Shown piece after piece: positions 8,597 to 18,962 of a DNA stretch of 64,000 bases (the stretch's first letter is position 1; each line of letters opens with the position of its first letter). The translations under genes were made by a program, and so were the position numbers. The notes under the pieces are model-generated. The model was not told where the DNA came from. It made no database searches and worked only from the letters and a program-made list of their open reading frames with translations. This DNA is from a candidate division TM6 bacterium GW2011_GWF2_28_16 (GTDB lineage Bacteria > Patescibacteriota > Microgenomatia > UBA1400 > PJMF01): the NCBI GenBank assembly GCA_001029715.1, contig CP011212.1, forward strand, positions 530,173 through 594,172, in the 5' to 3' direction.

Positions 8597-9748
8597 CTAA
8601 ATTTGACGATCGAAGCTGAACAAACAAATCTGTCTAGCAACTCTTGCTCCTTCTCGAGCATAGATGACCGGATCGACCAAAAGATTGTATCCTTTTGCCT
8701 TTAATTTGTCAATTAAACTATCAAGTGAGTAAATTCTTTTATCAGTTTGCACTCTTGGGAAAACAATTGCCACAATGGCACCATTATTTAAAACATTGCT
8801 AAAAGATTTAAATGAACCTAGATACATTTTTTCTAGACCTTTGAAAACATTGGCTAGTTCTATATCTTTAGGAGTTTGTTTGCCTAAGAAAGGCTCTGTG
8901 ACTAGAAGGTCAATCTTGCTAGTAAATTCTTCTGGATTAATGTGACTTGCATCCATGTAAAAAACTTTACTACTTATATTAATTTCGTATTCTTTTTTAA
9001 ACCATTCCAAGTTATCTCGAGTACCAAAAACAGCTTGCTGATCGATATCTGAGCCATAAACATCAAGCTTTCTCATGCCTGCTTCAAGTAAAACGGTACC
9101 AGTTCCACAAAATGGATCATAGAGTAAAGGTTTGGCAGTATTTTTTTGTTGCCAGAGACCTAAAGCGATGTTGACCATCATGCGAGCCACTTTTGGAGGC
9201 AACATGCCTTTTTTACGATCTGCATAAGGCTTGGAACGATCGCGATTAGTCCAATCATCAATGTCTTGGACACCTCTGATTTGAGCCAATAAAAGTTTGC
9301 CGTCTTCAATTTGGTTAAAAGCTAAAAGCTCAGTGGCTTTGCTTTTGTGAGAAAGAAGTGCGCTTTCGCTAGGATTACTAGAGAAATAGCGAGCCTTCTT
9401 ACCATTTTCTTTAATTAAATCTTTGATATCAGCATTGCTAATTGAATGTTGTCCTTTACCAATTTGGGTAAAAGTAAAATATGGCTCTTCACTTTGAGAA
9501 AGTAATAAAGCAACTATTTCTTCAACTAAAGTAGTATCTTTGATATCACTGTCTAATTCTTTGATTACTTCAAATAACTTGACAGTTCCACCAAGGACCT
9601 CAATCATTTCACTAGCAAGAGTAGCTTCACTTTCGAACATGAAGAGATGCTCGTCTAATTGTTCTAAAGAACAATTTGGATAAGTGGCTTCAAACTCTAA
9701 CTTAGATAGAAGAGTCGTATTACCAAAAAGAATTAGGAATTTAGGCAT
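8597..9748 (-). CDS. THUMP-domain class I SAM-dependent RNA (guanine-N2) methyltransferase (RlmL/Trm11-like)
   Basis: Motif I DPFCGTGTVLLEAG and motif IV LVTEPFLG (an NPPY-like variant), with an N-terminal THUMP-like region. The ATG at 9748 is chosen because the ORF-track start at 9781 is a TTG overlapping rplU. Confidence 0.65.
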   Translation of the reverse strand: MPKFLILFGNTTLLSKLEFEATYPNCSLEQLDEHLFMFESEATLASEMIEVLGGTVKLFEVIKELDSDIKDTTLVEEIVALLLSQSEEPYFTFTQIGKGQHSISNADIKDLIKENGKKARYFSSNPSESALLSHKSKATELLAFNQIEDGKLLLAQIRGVQDIDDWTNRDRSKPYADRKKGMLPPKVARMMVNIALGLWQQKNTAKPLLYDPFCGTGTVLLEAGMRKLDVYGSDIDQQAVFGTRDNLEWFKKEYEINISSKVFYMDASHINPEEFTSKIDLLVTEPFLGKQTPKDIELANVFKGLEKMYLGSFKSFSNVLNNGAIVAIVFPRVQTDKRIYSLDSLIDKLKAKGYNLLVDPVIYAREGARVARQICLFSFDRQI

Positions 9749-9773
9749 AGCTGTGAAGCCAGTTTTTATCTGT

Positions 9774-10088
9774 TTAAACAATCTTCAGAACTTTAACAGT
9801 GCTTTGGTACTGACGATGACCAATCACTTTTCTGTATCTGGATTTCGACTTGTATTTGGCAACACGAATTTTTTCGCCTTTTTGATTAGAAACGAGTTCA
9901 CAAGAAACCTTGGCTTTCTCGACTAGAGGCTGTCCAATTTTGCGATCTTGATCATTAACAACTAACAAAACGTCGGTGACTTCAAATTTCTCACCGGCTT
10001 CTCTACCTAGTTGATCTACCAAAAATTCATCGCCCTCTTGGACTTGAAATTGTTTACCTTGTAATTGAATGACTGCATACTTTGACAT
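9774..10088 (-). CDS. rplU: 50S ribosomal protein L21
   Basis: MSKYAVIQLQGKQFQVQEGD... is the L21 signature. Confidence 0.9.
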   Translation of the reverse strand: MSKYAVIQLQGKQFQVQEGDEFLVDQLGREAGEKFEVTDVLLVVNDQDRKIGQPLVEKAKVSCELVSNQKGEKIRVAKYKSKSRYRKVIGHRQYQSTVKVLKIV

Positions 10089-10139
10089 AACGAACTTGAA
10101 TTATATCAGACTTATTGAAAAATAAAAATGGAAACACCT

Positions 10140-11234
10140 CTAATAAAAATTATAAATAGCTTTTTTCTTAAAATCAGTTGCAATCGACTGTGCAATGCCT
10201 AAAGCGAAGAACAGAGAAATAACACTACTTCCTCCATAAGAAAGAAGGGGAAGGGTAATACCAGTAATTGGTAAAATAGCCAAGTTCATACCTATATTAA
10301 TAAACGTTTGTACTAAAAACATCACAAACAAAACCAAGAGATAAATTTTCTCTGGAAAATTATTAACTTGATAAGCTAAATAAAGTAGAAAAAAGAGTAA
10401 AGAAAAATATAAAGCCAAAAGAAATGCAGCTCCTACAAAACCCCATTCTTCAGCAAAAGAAGCAAAAATAAAATCAGTTTGGCGCTCGGGTAAAAAGCGC
10501 AAATGAGATTGCACACCCTGACCAATCCCTCTTCCCCAAAATCTACCGCTTCCCACGGCAATCAGAGCCTGACGAGCATTATAGGCGCTACTACTTTCTT
10601 GATTTGTGAATTCTTGGCTGATTGTTGGCTCATTTAAATTTAAAAAACTGAGAATTCTATTTTTCTGATAATCTTTAAAAACTAAAAACCATAAAGACAT
10701 TAAAATCAAAAAAGCTCCTGAGATTAAAAATAAAACTTGCTTAAAATTTAATCGATTAAAAATTAGAAAAACTGAAAGCGCGCTAACAAAAACCAAAACC
10801 GTTCCAAAATCTGGTTCGAGCAAAATCAAAATCGCTGGCAAAGCAATAATTAGTAAAGTTTTAAACAGCAAAAACCAATCAAACTTTCTTTCACTAGCAA
10901 AAGAATTAAGCAAATATAAGGTAGTAATGGGAATTGCCAACTGTGATGGTTGAAATTTAAAACCGAAAGGCAAAACAATCCAAGCAGAAATTCCTCTAGT
11001 AATAGAGCCGTAAATCAGTAAAAAAAGTAGCGATAAGTTGAGTAGCAAATAAAGCCACTTGGATATTTTTAAATGAAAAGCGAAGGGTAATTTGTATGTA
11101 ACAAAAAAGACTAAAAAAGCTAAGCCAAAAGAAATAGCTTGCTTGTAAAGTAATTCTGGAACAATACTACGCAAAGTCGTCAACGATAAAACAGTAAAAA
11201 GAAAGAGTACTCCCAGCAAAAAATATTTGCGCAT
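10140..11234 (-). CDS. rodA: SEDS family peptidoglycan glycosyltransferase (RodA-like)
   Basis: FtsW/RodA/SpoVE motifs (RFLPERQTDFIFASFAEEWGFVG). The second SEDS gene in the window (18963-20036) sits in the dcw cluster, so this one is probably RodA. Confidence 0.7.
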   Translation of the reverse strand: MRKYFLLGVLFLFTVLSLTTLRSIVPELLYKQAISFGLAFLVFFVTYKLPFAFHLKISKWLYLLLNLSLLFLLIYGSITRGISAWIVLPFGFKFQPSQLAIPITTLYLLNSFASERKFDWFLLFKTLLIIALPAILILLEPDFGTVLVFVSALSVFLIFNRLNFKQVLFLISGAFLILMSLWFLVFKDYQKNRILSFLNLNEPTISQEFTNQESSSAYNARQALIAVGSGRFWGRGIGQGVQSHLRFLPERQTDFIFASFAEEWGFVGAAFLLALYFSLLFFLLYLAYQVNNFPEKIYLLVLFVMFLVQTFINIGMNLAILPITGITLPLLSYGGSSVISLFFALGIAQSIATDFKKKAIYNFY

Positions 11235-11240
11235 AAGGAT

Positions 11241-14093
11241 TTATAAATTAAGTTTTGTTTCTTCGCCTTTTTTAATTTTAGTATTGGTCTTTTCTTCGAT
11301 TTCTTTTTGAAAAAACTCTGGCCAAGACGGCAACTCTACTTCAACAAGCTCATTCATATCTAATAAGGCTTCTTTGCGTAAATCCTGAATTTGACGAATC
11401 AGAGCCCGAGCTTCACCTTCAGCTATAAGTTCCGGTGTTAATTCAAAATCATAATCAACCATTAAATCGCCAGTTTGCTCTAGCCATTCTATTTTTTTGA
11501 CATTCAGCTCGAGTTTTAATACTTCCTCTAGTTCAGCTCTGTCAGAAATCTCTCCAAAACCACTCACTTTTAAACTTGCTAAAGGCTGACGAGCTTTAAC
11601 CTGCTTTTCTTTACGTAAAGCATGTGCCGCTTCTACAATTTTGCGAATTGAATCCATCGATCTTTCTAATTTTCGATCAAAGAATTGCTCCTTATATTCA
11701 GGGAATAACTCCAAATGAATTGAGCTCTCTTCATCAAACATACTGTGATGAACTAATTCAGCAAAAAATGGCACTATTGGGGCAACAACTTTAGCTAATT
11801 CATAAATCACAGTCGCAAAAACCTGACTAACTTCTTTATTATCAGTTGCTTTGATTCTTTCTCTGGAAAGACGCAAATACCAAGTTGATAACTCATCAAT
11901 GAAAGGTGCTAACAAGCGACTAGCTCTCATTACATCATAAGAATCTAAATATTGTCTCATTTCTTTGATCAGATTTTCTAAGCGACTCAAAATCCAACGA
12001 TCAAGTAAATTACTTGGCAACTTATCGGCACTGAGATCAAAAAAGCCAGCATCCTGATCAGCAAAACTCTTATAAAAAGCCAAAACATTCCACCAAATCA
12101 CAAAAACTCGGCGACGCAAATTGGAAACATCTGATTGCGAAAAATTAAGTGTTTCGGCTTTGACCGCGGGAGAAGACATTAAATAAAGACGAAGAGCATC
12201 AGCCCCATATTTATCCAAAATTGCTCCTGGCTCTGGATAATTTTTAAGACGCTTGCTCATTTTTTTACCATCTTCAGCCATAATTAAGCCAGTGCACATC
12301 ACATTTTTAAAAGCACCGTTTTCTTTCTCACTACCTAAAGTTAGAGCTGTAGCCAAAACATGCAAAGTATAAAACCAACCGCGAGTTTGATCCTGACCCT
12401 CAGAAATAAAATCAGCGGGGAAAGCATGCTCAAAAGCTTCTTTATTATCAAATGGATAATGTAATTCACCATAAGGCATTGAGCCAGACTCGAACCAACA
12501 ATCTAAAACCTCTGGAATATGACGATAAGTTTTGCCATCTTTTTTAATTTCAATCTTATCAACAATGTGCTTGTGCAAATCGCTAACCTTTTGACCAGAA
12601 AGTTTTTCTAATTCTTCAACCGAACCTACGCATAAAAAGTCACCCTCTTCGCTTTCCCAAATTGGTAAAGGCGTACCCCAATAACGATTACGGGAAATTG
12701 CCCAATCTCTAGCACCTTCAAGCCATTTGCCAAAGCGACCGTGCTTGATATGATCTGGCTGCCAATTAACCTTTTCATTATTGGCCAATAGCTGATCTTT
12801 GAAAGAACTCACTCTAACATACCAACTATCAGTAGCGTAATTAAGTAGAGGAGTGTCACAGCGCCAGCAATGTGGATAACTATGTTCGATTTTTTTCTTG
12901 GCAAAAAGTGTGCCATGAGCCGCTAAATACTTAATAATTTCAATGTCGGTAGCCTGAGGATTATCTTTTGCTTTGACTTCCATGTCTGCAAAATCAGTGA
13001 CTTCCTTAGTAAAACGGCCCTCCATGGTCACATGCTGCAAAAGCTCGATGCCCTCAGCTTTACCGATATTGTAATCATCTTCACCAAAAGCCGGAGCAAT
13101 ATGTACAACTCCAGTGCCTTCTTCTGTACTAACAAAGTCAGCAGCAACTATTCTAAAAGATTTGGCCCAATCAGCAAAATAAGAAAAAGGAGGAGTGTAA
13201 GTTAGACCAACTAATTCACTGCCTTTAAAACTTTGGCCAACTAATTCGAATTTTTTATCAGTCATGACTTCTTCTAGAAGTTCTTTGGCTAAAATAAACA
13301 GCCCTTCATGATCTTCAACTCTGACTAAAACATAATCCAAATCAGCTCCAACTGCCAAAAGAACATTGCCTGGCAACGTCCAAGGAGTAGTAGTCCAAGC
13401 AACCGCATAAATTTTTTCATCAGTTTCGACACCTAGTTTTACAGTAGCATCCTGCAATTCAAATTTAGCAAAAACAGAAATATCCTTGACATCTTTGTAA
13501 CCCTGGGTAACTTCAAAGTTTGAGAGCGGAGTTCCACAACGAGGACAGATGTGCATGGATTTATGACTTTTGTAGATCAAATCCTTTTTCCACAATTCAT
13601 TGAAAACCCACCACACGGTTTCCATGAATTCTTTATCCATAGTTTTATAAGCATGATCCATATCAATCCAACGTCCAATGCGACGAATGGTCTTCTTCCA
13701 TTCTTCTGCATAAGTTAAAACAGTTTGACGACAAGCTTCATTAAATTTATCTACTCCATAACCCTCAATATCTTTTTTACTATCAAGATTGAGTTCTTTT
13801 TCAATAATATTTTCGACAGGTAAACCGTGACAATCCCAACCCCAAACGCGACGAACTCTTTTGCCTAGCATAGTTTGATAACGGGGAATCAGATCCTTAA
13901 TCATTGACTGCATTAAATGACCATAATGAGGTAGACCAGTAGCAAAAGGAGGTCCATCATAAAAAGAGAAAGAATTATTTTCATCTCTTTGGTCAACTGA
14001 TTTTTGAAAGGTTTGATCCTTGTCCCAAAATTCTAGAATCTCTTGCTCGAGCTCTGGGAAATTTGGTACTTGTCTAAAATCTTTTATTTTCAT
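11241..14093 (-). CDS. ileS: Isoleucyl-tRNA synthetase, type 2 (eukaryote/archaea-like)
   Basis: PPFATGLPHYGHL HIGH region typical of IleRS2, and KMSKRLKN. 950 aa. Confidence 0.9.
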   Translation of the reverse strand: MKIKDFRQVPNFPELEQEILEFWDKDQTFQKSVDQRDENNSFSFYDGPPFATGLPHYGHLMQSMIKDLIPRYQTMLGKRVRRVWGWDCHGLPVENIIEKELNLDSKKDIEGYGVDKFNEACRQTVLTYAEEWKKTIRRIGRWIDMDHAYKTMDKEFMETVWWVFNELWKKDLIYKSHKSMHICPRCGTPLSNFEVTQGYKDVKDISVFAKFELQDATVKLGVETDEKIYAVAWTTTPWTLPGNVLLAVGADLDYVLVRVEDHEGLFILAKELLEEVMTDKKFELVGQSFKGSELVGLTYTPPFSYFADWAKSFRIVAADFVSTEEGTGVVHIAPAFGEDDYNIGKAEGIELLQHVTMEGRFTKEVTDFADMEVKAKDNPQATDIEIIKYLAAHGTLFAKKKIEHSYPHCWRCDTPLLNYATDSWYVRVSSFKDQLLANNEKVNWQPDHIKHGRFGKWLEGARDWAISRNRYWGTPLPIWESEEGDFLCVGSVEELEKLSGQKVSDLHKHIVDKIEIKKDGKTYRHIPEVLDCWFESGSMPYGELHYPFDNKEAFEHAFPADFISEGQDQTRGWFYTLHVLATALTLGSEKENGAFKNVMCTGLIMAEDGKKMSKRLKNYPEPGAILDKYGADALRLYLMSSPAVKAETLNFSQSDVSNLRRRVFVIWWNVLAFYKSFADQDAGFFDLSADKLPSNLLDRWILSRLENLIKEMRQYLDSYDVMRASRLLAPFIDELSTWYLRLSRERIKATDNKEVSQVFATVIYELAKVVAPIVPFFAELVHHSMFDEESSIHLELFPEYKEQFFDRKLERSMDSIRKIVEAAHALRKEKQVKARQPLASLKVSGFGEISDRAELEEVLKLELNVKKIEWLEQTGDLMVDYDFELTPELIAEGEARALIRQIQDLRKEALLDMNELVEVELPSWPEFFQKEIEEKTNTKIKKGEETKLNL

Positions 14094-14361
14094 AGTTTCC
14101 TCGTTGCTTAATTCTAGTTTGTTTTAATTAATAAAAAAAGCCTGCCTAAAAACGAAAAGATCGTTTCTAAGCAGGCTTATCTAATTCAAGATAAAGGTAC
14201 CAGCCGCTTTTTAGATTTGCCAATGTGCAAATCTTTACTTAATTTAGAGTGATTACGGACTCAGCCGATCTGATTTACTCACTTTTTTATTTCAATTTCA
14301 AAAAAGCTTTCTGCAGACACCTCGCCGTGGATAGCGGCTAAAAAGGTTTTGAATACTAGGA
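14094..14361 (-). promoter_or_regulatory. Candidate T-box riboswitch leader (Ile specifier AUC) with extended -10 promoter TGcTATAAT
   Basis: On the minus strand, the -10 sits at plus coordinates 14353-14361. The candidate specifier AAAUCAGAUCGG (14255-14266) has AUC followed by A. The antiterminator has a 7-nt bulge UGGUACC (14186-14192) flanked by helices GCGGC/GCC(U)GC and UUAUCU/AGAUAA. The terminator lies downstream. Confidence 0.5.
14123..14167 (-). terminator. T-box leader terminator upstream of ileS
   Basis: Minus-strand hairpin AAGCCUGCUUAGAAACG...CGUUUUUAGGCAGGCUU followed by U7. Its 5' arm overlaps the antiterminator 3' strand. Confidence 0.5.
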
Positions 14362-14376
14362 AATTATAGCACGGTT

Positions 14377-15672
14377 TTATCTATCTCTCAAAAAAGCTGG
14401 TACATCAAAATCAGCAAATTCATCGTCAGTCTCGACTTCTTCTTTTTTGTCGCTCTGATCGTCTCTTTTATGTTCATCTTTTTTCTTCAAATTGAAAAGG
14501 GCACTGCGCACAAATGGATTGCGACTTTCTTCCTCTTCTTCTTTCTTCGGTTTAGTAGGGATAATCTGAGGTTGAGTAAAACCACTTGGAGTACGATCAA
14601 TTTTTTCTTCTTCTTGATCTTCTTGTTTCTTGTAAACAGCGGTTGGACCAGTCATCTTGCGACGAGATTCTCTACCGTAAGCTCCAAACATTGCTCTTGG
14701 ACCAGAACCAGAGTAGCTATCGCCAAAACCAGTAGCGATCACACTAATTTTAATCTTGGAACCCATATTATCATCAATGGTGGCTCCAAAAATTATATTA
14801 GCATCTGGATCTGCACTATCAGCAATTACTGCTGAAGCATCAGAGATCTCGCTCATAGTCATATCTGGACCACCAGTAATATTATAAAGAATACCCTTAG
14901 CACCATCGATAGAAACTTCGAGTAGTGGAGAAGAAACAGCCATACGAGCAGCCACCACTGCGCGGTCTTCACCGGAAGCTTCACCAATACCCATTAATGC
15001 TGAGCCAGAATCAATCATGATCGTCTTCACATCAGCAAAATCAACATTAATCATGCCTGGAACAGTAATTAAATCGGAAATACCTTTGACCCCTTGACCA
15101 AGAACGTTGTCAGCTAAACGAAAAGCATCGATAAAAGTCATTTTTTTATCCACTACTTCAAGTAAACGCTGATTTGGAATCACAATTAAAGTGTCAACAG
15201 TATCGCCTAAAGCCTCAATGCCTTCATCAGCGGTCTGCATGCGACGAATACCCTCAAAAGCAAAAGGTTTGGTGACCACAGCCACCGTCAAGGCACCAGC
15301 TTCTTTGGCTATCTCGGCAACAATTGGAGCCGCACCAGTTCCAGTGCCACCACCCATGCCTGCAGTAATAAAAACCATATCAGTGTCGAAAAGCAAATCC
15401 TTGAGCTTTTCACGACTTTCTTCAGCTGCGGTACGACCCACTTCTGGATCTGCACCAGCTCCAAGTCCACGTGTGAAATTGCTACCAATCTGCATTTTAG
15501 TTTCTGCTTTAGAAACTAGAAGTGCTTGAGCATCTGTATTAACAGTGATAAATTCAACTCCATTGATCTGCTTGGAAAGAATCATTGAGTTTACTGCGTT
15601 ACCTCCTCCGCCACCGATACCGATAACTTTAATTTTAGCGAAAGTGGTATTTGAAGGTTTAACAAGTCCCAT
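14377..15672 (-). CDS. ftsZ: Cell division GTPase FtsZ
   Basis: [11 protein letters not shown] and the GGGTGTG tubulin signature. An acidic C-terminal tail is present. Confidence 0.95.
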   Translation of the reverse strand: MGLVKPSNTTFAKIKVIGIGGGGGNAVNSMILSKQINGVEFITVNTDAQALLVSKAETKMQIGSNFTRGLGAGADPEVGRTAAEESREKLKDLLFDTDMVFITAGMGGGTGTGAAPIVAEIAKEAGALTVAVVTKPFAFEGIRRMQTADEGIEALGDTVDTLIVIPNQRLLEVVDKKMTFIDAFRLADNVLGQGVKGISDLITVPGMINVDFADVKTIMIDSGSALMGIGEASGEDRAVVAARMAVSSPLLEVSIDGAKGILYNITGGPDMTMSEISDASAVIADSADPDANIIFGATIDDNMGSKIKISVIATGFGDSYSGSGPRAMFGAYGRESRRKMTGPTAVYKKQEDQEEEKIDRTPSGFTQPQIIPTKPKKEEEEESRNPFVRSALFNLKKKDEHKRDDQSDKKEEVETDDEFADFDVPAFLRDR

Positions 15673-15764
15673 ATTTTTGATCTTTCTTAAGATATCAAAC
15701 TACAACATAAATTAGCTGATTTTTGCCTAAAAGTAAACTGGCAATAATTGAATTAGCTTTTAAT

Positions 15765-17075
15765 TTAAGGCAAGATTGACTTGCTAGTTTTTTTAATTTT
15801 GTCAAAAAGCTTTTTAAATAAATCTTTTGGTAAAATAGCCTGCCAATTGAAATCTTCACTGACGCTGGTCACATTGCCTTGCTTGAGAGCAAAATCTAAC
15901 AGACCAACAGACACCGCAAAATTTGGTTTTTTAATATCTTCGGTCAAACCCTCAATGTCTTCTGGAAAGGCTAAACGCACAGGTAAATTACTAACTTTCT
16001 TGGCTACCTCTACTAATCCGGTAGTCATCGCTCCACCGCCTGTCAAAACTAAACCAGCTGGTACTTTATTTCCAGACAAAAGGTCAGCTCTATCTAATTC
16101 TTGCATCACTAAATTAAAAATTTCTCTAATTCTAGGCTCCATAATGCCACCTACCAATGTTTTTTTAGATAGGAAATCATTGTGAGCAATCCCAACTTTT
16201 TCTGGATCAACTGTATCTAATTTTCTTTTTCTTTTAGTAAAGTCAACCTTAGATTCTCCTGGGTTTGGTCTCAAATCATCAGGACCATTATCAGTCAGAT
16301 AAAGCTTAAGCTTTTCTGCATCATCCATTGGAATGCGACAACCTAAAGCGATGTCCTGAGTGATGTGTTTGGCGCCAATTGGTAAAACAGCTGAAAATTC
16401 CAGAGCTCCCTCAACATAAGCGGCCAAACTAGTTGTACCAGCTCCAATATCTATTAAAACTGCGCCTAGCTCTTTTTCTGTTTCAGTCAAAGCAATTTGT
16501 GAAGCGGCCAAGGCAGAAAAAACAAAAGCGTCAACTTTAACCCCCATATCGCTAATACATTTTTCCAAATTGCGCATCGCGGTAGTCAAACCAGTAATGA
16601 TATGTGCCTCTGCTTCTAAGCGCACTCCAGTCATGCCGACTGGATCTTTGATGCCTTCTTGAGAATCAACTTTGAAATCCTTAGGAATCACGTGAATAAT
16701 TTCTCGATCAGTTGGCATTGAAACAGCTCTGGCCGCTTCAATTACTCGATCAACATCACTTTGGATAATAGCTTGATCAGCGGCGGCTACAGCTACAACA
16801 CCTCTAGAATTTTTATATTTAATGTGTACTCCAGAAATTGAAACGACTGCGCTCTTAACACTAAACCCAGCCATGCGTTCTGCAGCGTCTAAACCCTGAC
16901 TTACGGTGTTTAGAACCTGCTCGAGATCAATAATCATACTGCGTTTCATTCCTCTTGATGGAACCACAGAAAAACCTAAAACCTGCAACTTCTCAGTTTC
17001 TGTTACTCGCGAAATGAGAGTGGTACACTTATCACTTCCTAAATCAATGGCTGCAATTATTTGTTCTTTACTCAT
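15765..17075 (-). CDS. ftsA: Cell division protein FtsA (actin-like ATPase)
   Basis: MSKEQIIAAIDLGSDKCTTLI is the actin-fold phosphate-1 motif. The ATG at 17075 is preferred; the upstream ATG at 17120 is an alternative. Confidence 0.85.
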   Translation of the reverse strand: MSKEQIIAAIDLGSDKCTTLISRVTETEKLQVLGFSVVPSRGMKRSMIIDLEQVLNTVSQGLDAAERMAGFSVKSAVVSISGVHIKYKNSRGVVAVAAADQAIIQSDVDRVIEAARAVSMPTDREIIHVIPKDFKVDSQEGIKDPVGMTGVRLEAEAHIITGLTTAMRNLEKCISDMGVKVDAFVFSALAASQIALTETEKELGAVLIDIGAGTTSLAAYVEGALEFSAVLPIGAKHITQDIALGCRIPMDDAEKLKLYLTDNGPDDLRPNPGESKVDFTKRKRKLDTVDPEKVGIAHNDFLSKKTLVGGIMEPRIREIFNLVMQELDRADLLSGNKVPAGLVLTGGGAMTTGLVEVAKKVSNLPVRLAFPEDIEGLTEDIKKPNFAVSVGLLDFALKQGNVTSVSEDFNWQAILPKDLFKKLFDKIKKTSKSILP

Positions 17076-17126
17076 ATCTTTCCCATATAGACTATACAAA
17101 ATTTTAAAGACAATGTCCATTAATGT

Positions 17127-17819
17127 CTACTCTTTTAACACTGGCAAGTTAAAGCGCATGTCGAGAATCTTTTTGCTAGGCAAAATATCCTTGAGCTCTT
17201 CTTCTTTCAAAACCAATGAAAGACGCTCCACCTGATAATCAAATTCTTTAGCGTCATCCATAATTACTTCAATTTCCTTAAGAAAAATGTGAATTTCTTG
17301 ATTGCTTTGCCAAACAATCTTATTTGTTTCAATTTCATACTTTTTCAATGCTTGGCTTAAAGAAAGAAATTTTTGATGATAATTTTCTTCTAAATAACCA
17401 TGCTCAATCAGAGAAGAATCTCCTAGAAATTCAATGCTTGGCAAAGAAAGACGATCTTGATCATTTTTAAGCTTATTGCCATGATTAAGTAGATAGCGCT
17501 CTTGTCCAATAACAAGTCTGTAGTCTGGTAATTTGGCTAAAAGAAATAAATCAACTTCTCCAGAAATATGCTTGTTAATTTTTTGATATTGATAAGCTTG
17601 TCCATATTGTTGATCTGTCATCAGTTCATCCCAAATTGCTTCATTTTCAAAATCAGTAAAAAACAAAGATTTGCCTTTAAAAAATTGGTTGAGCCTCTCA
17701 CAGACTCCACTTTCAAGCGAATTATCTTCTAAAACACAATCTACTGTTTTTAAAACAAAAATAAAACGAAATAACAAAAATAAGATTACGAAAAAAATGA
17801 CAAAACGTAAAATTTTCAC
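17127..17819 (-). CDS. ftsQ: FtsQ/DivIB-like division protein (single N-terminal TM, about 200-aa extracytoplasmic domain)
   Basis: Assigned from its position between murG and ftsA and from topology only. GTG start overlapping the murG stop (GTGA). Confidence 0.4.
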   Translation of the reverse strand: MKILRFVIFFVILFLLFRFIFVLKTVDCVLEDNSLESGVCERLNQFFKGKSLFFTDFENEAIWDELMTDQQYGQAYQYQKINKHISGEVDLFLLAKLPDYRLVIGQERYLLNHGNKLKNDQDRLSLPSIEFLGDSSLIEHGYLEENYHQKFLSLSQALKKYEIETNKIVWQSNQEIHIFLKEIEVIMDDAKEFDYQVERLSLVLKEEELKDILPSKKILDMRFNLPVLKE

Positions 17820-18946
17820 AAGCGTTTTTTTTCTTTATAAGCAATCAATAAAAGCTGATAAAGTTTGGCGCTAGCGTCTTGGTAAAATTGGTTTTTTGCC
17901 AAACTTGAACGCATTTCTTTATAGTTTTTTTCTAAATGAGAAACACCATCTAATAAAGTAGAAGCACTAACATATTTTTGCTCTAAAACCAAAGCCCCAT
18001 TATTTCTCTGCATCATTTCCGCATTGGCCATTTGCTCATTATGGTAGGCATTTGGCAATGGAATTAAAATCGCTGGTAAAGGTGCCAAAGACAATTCTAA
18101 AACGGCGTTCGCCCCTGACCTAGAAATGGCAAACTTAGCGTGCTGATAAATCCAAAATAAATCTTCCTCTTCAATCCATTCTTTGATGAAATATTTTTCT
18201 CTCAAATCTTTTGGCAGTTTTTGTTTTAATTCTTCGAGATCTTTAGACGAATTCTTAATTTTATTAGCTCGACCACACTGATGAACAATTGAATAATTTT
18301 CTAAGAGCTTTTCTAAGTTAGCTTTAATTAAATCATTAATGATAAAAGAACCTTGATTCCCGCCCATTACTAGCAAGATATTTTCTATTTTTTTAGGCAA
18401 CCAGTTCGGTTTTTTTAAATCTTTGGCAAACAATCTGAATCTAATTGGATTGCCAGTTAGAACAGTATCCTGTCTTTTTGTATATTGCTTAGTTTCTGGG
18501 TAGGAAATAGCCACCTTATCGGCAATGCTAGCAATAAATTGGTTGGCTTTGCCCATTACAATCGTTTGCTCATGAGTCACTACTGTAATTCCCAAACTTT
18601 TGGCAGCGATAGCAAATGGCACTGCTAAGTAAGAACCAAAAGAAAGAAAAAGATCAATTTTTTCTTCAAGCAAAATTCTTCTGGCCTTAGAAACTGTTTT
18701 AGGAAAAGCTAAAAAGCTAATAATTTTGGCCAAAAAAGAATAATTGACAAATTTAGAAGCAGAAAAAGGAATAAACTTTATTTGCCTTTTTTCTACCTCT
18801 TCTTTTTCTACAGATTTTTGAATAAGTTTCTCTTGACTATATAAACGACCTACAAAATAGATTTGATGTTCCTTATGATTGGTCTTGATAAAATCTATCA
18901 TCGCCAAAGCAGGAGTTAAATGGGCACCACTAATTAAAATTCTCAT
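17816..18946 (-). CDS. murG: UDP-GlcNAc:undecaprenyl-PP-MurNAc-pentapeptide GlcNAc transferase MurG
   Basis: N-terminal MRILISGAH..G and the GGNQGS motif. GT28 architecture. Confidence 0.85.
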   Translation of the reverse strand: MRILISGAHLTPALAMIDFIKTNHKEHQIYFVGRLYSQEKLIQKSVEKEEVEKRQIKFIPFSASKFVNYSFLAKIISFLAFPKTVSKARRILLEEKIDLFLSFGSYLAVPFAIAAKSLGITVVTHEQTIVMGKANQFIASIADKVAISYPETKQYTKRQDTVLTGNPIRFRLFAKDLKKPNWLPKKIENILLVMGGNQGSFIINDLIKANLEKLLENYSIVHQCGRANKIKNSSKDLEELKQKLPKDLREKYFIKEWIEEEDLFWIYQHAKFAISRSGANAVLELSLAPLPAILIPLPNAYHNEQMANAEMMQRNNGALVLEQKYVSASTLLDGVSHLEKNYKEMRSSLAKNQFYQDASAKLYQLLLIAYKEKKRL

Positions 18947-18962
18947 AATCTAATTAAAAAGT

